In this document: positions 53,966 through 64,000 of the stretch, piece after piece
How positions within the stretch are numbered: the first letter of the stretch is position 1
Layout: every line of letters starts with the position of its first letter
NCBI RefSeq assembly: GCF_003918875.1
Contig: NW_025767501.1
Span: 1,302,001-1,366,000 of the forward strand
Reading direction: 5' to 3'
DNA: 64,000 bases
Source of the DNA: Haliotis rubra
Lineage: Eukaryota
Position numbers and translations under genes: made by a program
Notes under the pieces: generated by a model
Database searches by the model: none
What the model was told of the DNA's origin: nothing
The model's input: only the letters and a program-made list of their open reading frames with translations

Positions 53966-54768
53966 TGTCGCGGGTTCTGGTCTTGAGATGTCCCAAGGAC
54001 AATAATTGATGAGACGGGGAACGTCGCTTACGATATGCACCAGTTTATTGCCTGTGAAATATGAACATTACAACATGAGAAAGATGTTGTATGCGTCCGA
54101 CATGGTCGGATGGTGACATGAAAGTCGTATATATCTTATATGAATACATCAGCAATAAACAATACAATTATAGATATAAGATTGGTATATAATAGGTATG
54201 CTATAATTGTATAATTGATAAAATATATATGACGCGTCGCACGCATAAGCATTTCGTCCGGGATATTTACAATTGATGTGACGTCCACGCATTAGCGATC
54301 AGTCAAAATTATATACAACTGATGATTTAGTATACTGTAGATATAAAATCATAATTATTGATCATTCACACACTGTCTTACATGCAATGCTAGTGCTTTA
54401 AGTTAGTAAGTGATCCACGCGAGAGAAAGTTTACATTCTGCGCGATTACATTAATTACTAACTTAAGATATATGTTATTACTATGTTGATGACAATAATA
54501 TATATACTAGCAATGATATAGATGTAGAAAGAATATATGTAGAGAGGGTGCTTACCTGTGAAATATGAACATTACAACATGAGAAAGATGTTGTATGCGT
54601 CCGACATGGTCGGATGGTGACATGAAAGTGTCACACGTCACAGGCATGAAACGCACGAGATTTGGCGGGTTAGCCAAATACGGGTGGCACGTACAACTCT
54701 CTACATATAGCCAGTGGAGAAGCAGCCCTCTGTTGAAATAAAAGGGAAATAGAAGGCTGTCGGCGACA
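53966..54768 (-). mobile_element. Solo-LTR-like element (BEL/Gypsy type)
   Basis: TGTCGC...GCGACA inverted termini; CpG retention relative to flanks; AATAAA on the minus strand near 54044-54049; internal perfect 75-bp direct repeat. No clean TSD seen. Confidence 0.5.
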
Positions 54769-55677
54769 TATGTAATTTCATAATTTATATATTTTTGCAT
54801 GATAAATATTGCTGTTTTTACAAAATAAACCTGGAAACAATTATTTTTGTATGATAACTGTTTTATTCTTTATGTGTGAATGTCATTTCCAAATCTACAG
54901 TTTCTGCAATAATGTTGATATTTCTGTGCCAAATTTGTATACTTTTTCCTTCAAGACATTACTGCTATTGTTTGACTATACCAGATTGTAGAGTGACAAT
55001 GTTGTATCCTACAGGATGAATATGATTAAATGGTAGGATTTATGCAATATGTGGGGCCAAATAAAAGCTGCATAAAGGACCTATGTTTTTCTAATGTGTA
55101 ATAGCTTTTTATTACTATGAGAAAAGAAATAGTGTATAATCTGCACAAGTGTTGTAATGCATCCACACAGTGATGAACTATGCCACCTTGAGTATCCAAT
55201 CAACACTATCTGTCACCATTGATGTATTGCTGTGTGAGTACAGCTCTTCTCAGTGTGTAGGCAATCCACATGTGTACTTGCCATGATCGGCCAACTTTGA
55301 TATCCTCTGCACTCAGCTCCCTGGGGAACATACAGATTCAACTGCTATTTCTGTGATATCCGTTGTTTATGGTAGATAACCTTGAGGATCCCTGTTCAGG
55401 AAGAGAGTTCAGGGAGAAAGTTCAGGGTTGGTGCAATCAGCTGGATCACTTCCCCCTGTCATGGGCAGCAAGACTGATGGATGTCAGGAGGATTCCACAG
55501 GCAAATGTGGTCCTGATTGCCATCAGAACTGAAGACATGTGGACCATAGTACATATGGTACTTGGTATCAACAACACAGGGTGATACAGTTAGGAGGTAT
55601 AGTATTTGGATAAATGATGTCAGATGGTCTAAGGACCAATGGTGTATGGACAATACATGGTGATGCAGTTGTATCTG

Positions 55678-55915
55678 GACCCATGAAGATCTGGGTTACA
55701 AATGGTCTTCAGCAACCCATGCTGTCGTAAGAGGTGACTAACAGGATCAATTGGTTAGACTCGCTATCTTGGTTGACACATGTCATGGTATCCCAATTGT
55801 GTAGATTGATACTGATGCTGATCACTGGATTGTCTGTATTTCTCGATTATTTACAGACCACTGCCATATAGCTGAAATATTGCTGAGTTTGGCTTTAAAG
55901 AAACAAACAAACAAA
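55678..55915 (+). mobile_element. SINE-like family A, full length
   Basis: Family A homology, (AAAC)n tail, degenerate TSD CAGTTGTATCTG / CAGTCACATCTG. Confidence 0.85.
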
Positions 55916-57667
55916 CAGTCACATCTGATATGAACTTGGACAGTGAATTCTCACAATTTCCACTGCATTGATTCCTGATCCCACTGTTTTTCTGGGTTGT
56001 CCACTGGGTTGCCTGTGGAACACTATTGATTGTTTACACCATCAGATCAAAATCAAGCCGTTTCTTAACCTCACCTACCAACTATATCCTGGAAGCATGA
56101 TGTGTACAGAAACTCTCTGAACACCATTGATGTCCTTTAGTAATGTGATCATCCATCAGATTATGAATCATCTGTCTACTCAGGGTAACATCTGTACCTC
56201 TGTTAACCTCATCTCTAATTTGAGAGGTACTTTTAACATGGTTTATTAAAACAGTCGTTTTTATGAAACAGTCTTGTGTGCCAGTTGTTGTCCTTGGTTA
56301 ACCAGATTGATGTTTGTCATCAGCATTATTTGTCTGCCAATATTGTTATTATAATCTGCTACTAACTGACTGTGAGATGACAAGGGCTCATGCCACTATG
56401 CTCTGTCTTGTTCCCACTTCTAACATGGCTGTTGCATGTAGTCGTTTCTCAGGTTACTGATTCTGCATGTCCAAGAATGTTTAATTGAGTTTAAAACAAT
56501 ATCAAAACAACTTTCAGCCTGGTTCATATCACTTAAATGTACAGCAACACCCTGATATGTTTCAAAGAAAATTTTGAATTTTCCCCAACCCGTATTCAGG
56601 TGCAAATCATTACAAATATTTGCACAAAACAGATGTGTTTCCATGAAATTAATAGAATGTTTTGAATTTAATAGTCATTTTCTAAATCCATGTAAAATCC
56701 TACAACTTGGTTTCCAAATAATATCCTGCCAATATGGAATATTGTCTATATTATGTATGTCTGGCCTTATTAAATCAAATGCATGTTCCTGATCCTAAGT
56801 AAACAGCAGAACTTCTAACTAGTTTTACAGAAACAGCATTTAAAGCCTAAACACTTGGTGAGTCCTTCATGAAGACACTTTTCATCCAACATTTTTCAAT
56901 TGAGAAAAGCGGAAATATTTTCACTGAGCTGTGATCCTACAATTAAGGATATCTACTTTCCCAAGGATAGTATTTTATCCAGGTTTTATTTTGTTAGCTT
57001 AATGTGTCTCCATTCAACTCTACATTTTCAAAGCCAGTTGCATTATTGTCTGTTGGTCTGGATAACCAGGTTAAATCTCGAGTTAAAAACCTCCGTCATC
57101 CAGTCTCAATCAACTGCAAACTTTTGTAATGATACTCTGCACAGACTGTTTAGAAAAACCGATGCCAGTAAGAAAGGTATAATTGTAGCTTTTAAGGAGA
57201 ATTTTCTGACGCCACACAGCTGTGGGTTTTCCTTTGAGAACTTTTTTTGCCATCAAAGACGACAGGCAGTGTTTTGTGTAAAATATAGGAATATTCTCCT
57301 ACATTCCTCATGTACTTTTCCCTGATCCAGGTAAAGTATAGGGAATGAAGTTGTGTTTGTTTTTGATGGTTTCCACAAGATTTGAAGTGATACCATTGCT
57401 AGAAGAAGATCGTCTTTGTGAATGAAATTCCTTATGAAAGCAATCTGTTGACCAGGATTAAAGGCAGTGTGATAATTGCTGAGAGTTGGTATTTTACTCA
57501 TTTCTAGGGTCTGGGTACCTGTTGAGTGTCAGTGGAAAAAAACAGGATTATGTAATCAATGATGTTGCAATTTAGCAATGTAGATGTGTGGCTGAATAGC
57601 CATGTTGTGTAAGTAATGAAATTATCAAATGAATGTGAATATTGACCCCTAGCCTAAAATGTGTTAA

Positions 57668-58370
57668 GTTATCCTTTACCCTGGGGTGATGCTTTATCCT
57701 ATAGGTAACCTTTACTCTGTGGAGATCCTTTATCCCATAGGGAACCTTTACCCTGTGGAGATCCTTTATCCCATAGGGAACCTTTACCCTGTGGTGATCC
57801 TTTATCATAAAGGGAACCTTTATCCTGTGATGATCCTTTATCTTATATGGAACCTTTACTGAGTGATCCTTTATCCAGCTTTTACTCTGTGGTGATCCTT
57901 TATCCTATATGGAACCTTTACCATGTGGTGATCCTTTATCCTGAATGGAACCTTTACCATGAGGTGATCCTTTATCATAAAGGGAACCTTTACTCTGGGT
58001 GATCCTTTATCCAGTCCTTACCATTAGGTGATCCTTTATCCTATGTGGAACATTTACCATTAGGTGATCCTTTATCCTAAAGGGAACCTTTACCATGTTG
58101 TTATCCTTTATCCTAAAGGGAACCTTTACTCTGTGGTGATCCTTTATCTTATAGGGAACCTTTACTCTGAGGTGATCCTTTATCTTATATGGAACCTTTA
58201 CTCTGGGGTGATCCTGAATCTTATAAGGTACCTTTAGTATATAGTTATCCAATAGAGAACGTTTACTATGTAGATATCCTTTATCCTACAGAGAACCTTT
58301 AGCCTGTGGTGATGGTTTATCCAAAAGAAACCTTTTTCTATATAGGTATCCTTTATCCAGTAGAGAACCA
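57668..58370. repeat. Degenerate 36-bp minisatellite, about 19 copies
   Basis: Unit GGTGATCCTTTATCCTATAGGGAACCTTTACTCTGT; gives the 12-aa periodic ORFs IKDHHRVKVPYG. Confidence 0.9.
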
Positions 58371-58419
58371 TGTTGAGTTCAATGGAGATTTCTGTACACA
58401 GAAGGCCTCCACAACTCCA

Positions 58420-59161
58420 TTTTATCGGCATATCCGTCTGTAATCATTTTGCGGAGGGATATAGTCAACAAAAAATTGGTAGATATATCAAACAGAACCT
58501 AAGGTGGTGCCTTTTGTTATTCTGTCATTTTTATTTTTCGGGTCCATGGAAACGATTCGAATCATTTTGTTTCGCTTTCTGGAGCATAACTCAAGAACTG
58601 TTGAATATGTTTCTACAAAACTTGGTAGATATATCAAACATAGCCTTAAGTGGTGCCTTTTGTTATTTGCAGATTTTTTGGGATTTTATTTTTCCTGGTT
58701 TCCATGGAAATGATTCGGACTTAGTCCCAAAAGGGAGGGTCGGGTTTCATTTCCGGAGCACAACTCGAAAACTTCTTAATATCTTTCAGCAAAACTTGGC
58801 AGATGCCAAAGTGGTGCTTTTTGCTATTTGGCAGATTTTTGGCAGATTTATTTTTCCAGGTTTCCATGGAAACGATTCGGACTTATTCCCAAAAGGGAGG
58901 GGTGGGCTTCATTTCCGGAGCACAACTTGAAAAGCGTTCAATATCTTTCCACAGAACTTGGCAGATATATTAGGCAAATTTTGAATGGTGCCTTTGTTAT
59001 TTACAGATTTTTGGCATTTATATTACTCATGATTTCAATGGAAATGATTTGGACTTAGTCTAAAAAAGATCAAGCTGGACTGTAAGTAACTGTCAGATGA
59101 TTTGTTATTTCAAAAAAAATTTTTTGGGGGGGGATATGTCATCTTCTGATGACTCTTGTTT
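58420..59161 (+). mobile_element. Helentron-associated (HINE) element with about 4 internal 145-175-bp tandem repeats
   Basis: Repeats of AAACTTGGTAGATATATC...GGTGCCTTTTG...CCATGGAAA; 3' GGGGGGATAT followed by hairpin GTCATC-TTCT-GATGAC and CTTGTTT end. Confidence 0.75.
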
Positions 59162-60470
59162 ATGGTTGGAGGTCACTGTATAAGTTTAGATAATGTTTGA
59201 CCTGGCTTCAGTTAACCCAAGCATATGTTACAGACCTGGTTGCCTGTCCCACACTTATATGTACTGGTCTCCGGGGTAGAGCTGGAATACTGCTGTTGCT
59301 TGAATAATAATTCACTGACACAGACTTTAAGATGAAGCCAAGTTACCTGATAAATGATTGTTAGCAACCATTCTCCTGTGATAAAATGATCAGTGAATCA
59401 CCTGATGATACATCCCATGATGTCTGAACGATGATACATGGTGGCCTTGTGTACCTATATTACCATATAGATATATCTCTTCACCATTATATGTGGAAAA
59501 TGCATCAGACAATAACTAATATATCTGCTGAATCAGTTTCCTTGCCAGAAATAATGGGAATAGAAATCCCTCAAGACTGAAGTGTTTTGCTGAATAAACA
59601 GCATTTAAGCTATATATGATTATCAGAAACAAAAGCCTGGTGGCTTTTGTGAAAATCCTTCCTGAGATAAGAACAAAGGCTATTCATGTCTCTTCCTACT
59701 AAAATAATCTTTTGCCTGGATTTATCACTTTGCACATGGATAGGCATCTTGTCCACGTTTTGGCTCTAGTAGCCACAGGGTTTTGAAATGTGATTATAAA
59801 AAGCAACATGGTCTCTTTTCCTTGTAAGAAAGTGTTTTTTGTTGTTATTCAACTATACTTCGGAAGAGTGAACAGCCCTTAAAGAACATATACAGATGTG
59901 ATGTGTAGAGAATGAATGATTTGTCGGCTCAAGACAATCCATGGGTGTTGTATATTTGCTTGGTCCAAGCATGGTTCAGATACTGAAACTGATACTGATA
60001 CTTTTCCCCAAATCAAATGATGATGACTGAGGAATAATATGCACAAGGTGGTCTAGAGGATGAATTGTTCACCTGTGCCACTGAAGATCTGGTTTCAGTC
60101 CTCATATGGGTACTATTGATGACACCATTCAATTCTGTTTATCCCACCTGTCTCCCACGATGTTGCTGGAACAACAGCAACTCACTAGTAACAGGTTCTC
60201 TGTTGCCCTGATGCTGAATATGCGACATGTTTTGCTGAAACACACTTACTCACTGACTCACTTTTTCCAAAACTTGTAAAATTTATGGGAATGTGCACCA
60301 GTTTGAGTATGTTGACATACGGTGATCGTCCAGCTTCAATAGATGTGATATTTAGCAGAACAAAATATATTATTCATTTTCTGTCAGCTACACTTCATTT
60401 TGAGGCGTGAGTAGATGCAATATGATTGTGAATTCTGTGAATAATGTGGACTGAAGTTCTAATTATTGGT

Positions 60471-60626
60471 AACTGCCAGTTGTCTGTGGTCTGAGTTGGC
60501 AGCGATTAGGAACCCATTGCTGGGGGTTGGGTTATGTACAAAACATACCATTTTGATACTGATTTTAAGGTTCATGTTAGGGCGTTGGCTTATCTATGAG
60601 GTTGGCTTATCTACTGTAATATACAG
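60471..60626. mobile_element. Tc1/mariner (pogo/Tigger/Tc2-like) MITE right-end fragment, older copy
   Basis: Paired GGCTTAT motifs ending TAATATACAG+TA; paralogous to 60858-61012. Confidence 0.55.
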
Positions 60627-60857
60627 TAATTGAGAAATACAGTAAAATGACATCAAAGGACAGCAAATCTTCATATTTTATAAATTCTTTATGCTTAAAT
60701 AATGTTGTATTTGGTATGGTGACATGAATATCACCTTCATTCTATGTTGGGTAAAATATTAATAAAAACAACTGCAATATAGTTAATGTTTCTGTGCAAT
60801 ACAGAAAGAGTACTAGAATCTGTACTTTACTAAGAAAGTGTAATCCCAAATATAACA

Positions 60858-61012
60858 ACTGCCAGTTGTCTGTGGTCTGTGTTTGCCGCCATTAGGACCC
60901 CATCGTGGGGGATCGACTTATGCACTAAACATACCATTTTGACACTGATTTTAAGGGTCAAGTTTGGGGGTCGTCTTATCCATGGGGTTGTCTTATAGAC
61001 GGTCATATATGG
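60858..61012. mobile_element. Tc1/mariner (pogo/Tigger/Tc2-like) MITE right-end fragment
   Basis: GGGTCGTCTTATCCATGGGGTTGTCTTATAGACGGTCATATATGG+TA, a CCGTATATA-type TIR followed by TA. Confidence 0.6.
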
Positions 61013-61014
61013 TA

Positions 61015-61295
61015 TGTTACATTTGACCACTTTCTAATGCGCTGTGTATTTCATAGTTTTCGGCCGTGGGAGCCGTGCCAATTAACACTACACGAAGTCC
61101 GCAGTCTAGACTACCAGTTGTCCGACTTCCATTTTTGTGGTAGTCACGGTAGCTGAGCGGGTTAGGCGGCTGACTTTGTGTGCTGGCGATTAGGTGCCTG
61201 ACTCTGAGGGTGTGGGTTCAAATCCCGGATGGGACTCAACTCAAAAAGTACTAGAATCTGTACTTTACTAAGAAAGTATAATCCCAAATATAACA
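61015..61295 (+). mobile_element. TG..CA element with 11-bp imperfect TIRs carrying a tRNA-like cassette
   Basis: Termini TGTTACATTTG / CAAATATAACA. tRNA-like 61143-61236 with A box TAGCTGAGCGG (61150-61160) and B box GGTTCAAATCC (61215-61225). The last 53 bp are repeated at 60805-60857. Confidence 0.65.
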
Positions 61296-61345
61296 TATGT
61301 TACAATACAGTTGGGTTGAGTTATCCTGCAACTTCAAAACTTTGT

Positions 61346-61501
61346 GCCTAGTGGTTAAAGCGTTGGCTCGTCACGCCGAAGACCCGGGTTCGATTCCCCA
61401 CATGGGCACAATGTGTTAAGCCCATTTCTGGTGTCCCCCGCCGTGATATTGCTGGAATATTGCTAAAAGCGGCGTAAAACTAAACTCAGTCAGTCAGTCA
61501 G
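61346..61501 (+). mobile_element. tRNA-derived SINE family B, young copy
   Basis: tRNA-Asp-like head (GTCACG...GACCCGGGTTCGATTCCCC), (TCAG)n tail, perfect 12-bp TSD TCAAAACTTTGT at 61334-61345 and 61502-61513. Confidence 0.92.
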
Positions 61502-61585
61502 TCAAAACTTTGTCCATTTCTACCACAGTGTCCAAATTTTGTTATGATAACAAAGTCTAACATGGCTGTCCTTCATGTATTGACA

Positions 61586-61743
61586 GGGTGGTGGGGTAGC
61601 CTAGTGGTTAAGTGATCACTCGTCATGCCGAGAACCTGGGGTTGAATCCCCACATGGGTGCAGTGTGTGAAACTCATTTCTAGTGTCCCCCGCCGTGATA
61701 AGCGCTGGATATTGCTAAAACCTAAACTCACTCAAACTCTCAC
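61586..61743 (+). mobile_element. tRNA-derived SINE family B, diverged full-length copy
   Basis: GGGGTAGCCTAGTGGTTAA head and CTAAACTCACTC tail; weak TSD TCATGT. Confidence 0.85.
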
Positions 61744-63334
61744 TCATGTGATGGCACTATATACTATACCAATTGGTCATTTCAACAACAGATTTATCTC
61801 CAAGGATCCATCAGTAATAGCTGTTGTAGTGAAATGTCCCAGTTGAGGTCCAGAGCAAGGACATACTGACAGGTTAAAGTGGAAACAAGACCATGACACC
61901 TAAAGAGGTTTATAAGATCATCAATTAATACCTCCAGTAGCATATCTTAGATGGATCAAGACCCTGACGCCTAAAGGTCAGATCCAAATAAAGACATGTT
62001 TCAAGACCCTCACTAGGTGGCTGATAGATCATGACCTTGTCATACAATAGGACACTATACATTAGAGTTACACATGAAACCAAGTTTCACATTGAAAATG
62101 TACTGTTCCTGAAATGGAGGTTTTACTCTTTTACCAAACCAGAGGAGGAGTTTTTCACTAATTTTCAAACCTGTCTAAATTAAGGAAATACCAGAAAGAA
62201 TAAGACAACATTTGGATGTTTTGTTGTGCAATATCACAGTGGTAAGAGTTATGGGTAAGTTGAGAGACTGCAGTGAGAGAATGTGCAGCATGGAGACAAC
62301 TGAAGTGATGACGTGAGAGACTGAACACCCTGTCATCACCTGCAGTTGGGGTTCAGTTACAGAACAATAGGTTATAATCCTCAACATTTTTGTGAGTTCA
62401 CAAGTAGAATGCAAGTGATTAAACTTTATTTTGAAACAAATGAAGTCTTTAACAATTCAAGTCAACATAAGATGCATGTTGAAAGAATTTTATACTATTC
62501 ATCTGTAAAACCCAGGTCTTGTAACTCAAATGTAAAACCTCCACACAGGTCTCACTTGAAAGGAGAATCTCTCACAAGGTTACTGGGAAGAAACGTTGCC
62601 TTTTAGATGATAAATATGAAAACTACTTCTTTTATTTCAACCATGTGCAAAAACAATTGCATTGCTTATAGCTACACAATTCAAAACCTACACTTAATGG
62701 GGTTTTTAAAGTGTGGACTTAAATAGTGATGAGACGGATTATGCTGATTGTGGAAAGGGGTTGCCTCCCTTTGCCATTACAGGATCTGTAGATCATTTGT
62801 TCATATCCCAGAGGACCTACTTCAGTTTTGGCTTTCATCCCTCAGTAAATTCACGCACAGTTTCAGAAATACTGGAATGCAGTTAAAGCAAGATTAAAAC
62901 CATCTCTCTTACTCACTTAGTTATGTTTGTCCCAAGATTCACTGTGCAATCTCCAAAGAAGCTTTTTGGCATTAAGGGCAGGATATGCGTACCATCCTTC
63001 ATGATGAAAGATTGATCCCTGTTTCCTGGTTTCTGGCCATTGCTTATTTCTTATTATACACTTAAGTATATAGGTAATGTGTGCTACATTTCCACATGTA
63101 TGGCATTCAACGTTATTCAGGTAAATTAATTAGGTGTGCCATGTTTTTTAACAATGCTTTTAGCCTAATGCACTGTCTAGTCAAGAGAGTATGAGGATTT
63201 GGTGCTGCAATCAGTTGACATTATGGGGGGAAATATGATCCAAAAGGTTACACATCTAGCACATCTAAAACTACTTGATAAATTGTCTCATATTTTTTCT
63301 GTAATAGAATCATGACAATGAAGATGGAGGCTTG

Positions 63335-63584
63335 CAGGTGCAGGTTGGTGCTTATACTGAAACAATACATCATGGTCATTTTAGATTCAAAGGAGCTGAG
63401 GATGTCTCCATATGCATAATAATTAATTCTTTACTCAGAATGAAGAAAATTGATTATGGATACCGCCAGGTGCAGGTTGGTGCTAATACTGGAACAATAC
63501 ATTATGGTTATTTTGGTAAAAACAGATTTTAGTTTCAGAGGAGCAGAGGCTTTCTCCCTATGCAGATAATTAATTCTTTGCTCA
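63335..63584. repeat. Two-copy diverged tandem duplication (period about 132 bp)
   Basis: CAGGTGCAGGTTGGTGCT.ATACTG.AACAATACAT...TAATTAATTCTTT.CTCA occurs twice. Confidence 0.75.
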
Positions 63585-64000
63585 TTTTTTTTTAGAATCT
63601 TTCCTATCTAATTTAACCGTCCATGTATATAAATTGAGCATTTAATAGTACTTTTATATCAAATTCACACATACATATAGAGCCATATTGCCCGACACTC
63701 TGATTTTTGGTTAACAAAATTGTTAAAACCCTTTCTTTCATTTGAATATTGAATATATATATCTCTACATATTAGGGTCTGATATGGGTTTGTGGGATTC
63801 ATACTGGCCGTGATATGAAAACTATCCTAAATAACAACTGAAGATTTATTACTTTTCCTATGACTAAGTTTCTGAATCATATGTTTGACCAAGTTAACGC
63901 CCCATGAGACCAGGGTAACATACATGTCTTGACTGTGGATCAGAAGTTAATCAGTCAGTTGTCCTCTATATCTATAAACATGTCAAACATTCTTGTTCTT

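Noticed and set aside
56420-57501. Cluster of 70-140-aa ORFs as a decayed gene or transposase
   Set aside because: No recognisable motif in any frame.
58370-58930. 186-aa hydrophobic ORF as a membrane protein
   Set aside because: It lies within the internal tandem repeats of the HINE element.
61143-61236. Functional tRNA-Leu/Ser gene
   Set aside because: A and B boxes are present, but the acceptor and anticodon stems pair poorly and it is embedded in a repeat.
61346-61400. Functional tRNA-Asp gene
   Set aside because: Lacks the 5' acceptor strand, continues into the SINE body and is TSD-flanked.

Overview
AT-rich, CpG-depleted eukaryotic DNA. The repeat repertoire (tRNA-SINEs with TCAC tails, Helentron/HINE-type elements, MITEs, many minisatellites) suggests a marine invertebrate, probably a mollusc such as abalone; this is inference. 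I recognise no intact protein-coding gene, so the window reads as intronic or intergenic. Every long ORF in the track is stop-free tandem repeat. The window holds about 10 tandem arrays (24-54 bp units) and two SINE-like families that share one 3' tail. It also has a 4.56-kb CCC-ended CACTA/EnSpm-like element inserted into a 49-bp satellite and a Mutator-like element with a decayed PHD finger. Smaller remnants include THAP and LINE fragments, HINEs, MITEs, an inverted Penelope-like pair and a solo-LTR-like element. Three candidates stand out as possibly undescribed. (1) A retroposon family with no Pol III boxes whose fixed 5' end folds into a pseudoknot, a candidate ribozyme or 5'-processing RNA. 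(2) Hairpin-headed non-coding elements with an internal sequence complementary to the junction of their own two ends, the geometry of a DIRS internal complementary region (ICR). (3) A TG..CA/TIR element carrying a tRNA-like Pol III cassette. All coordinates were read by eye.
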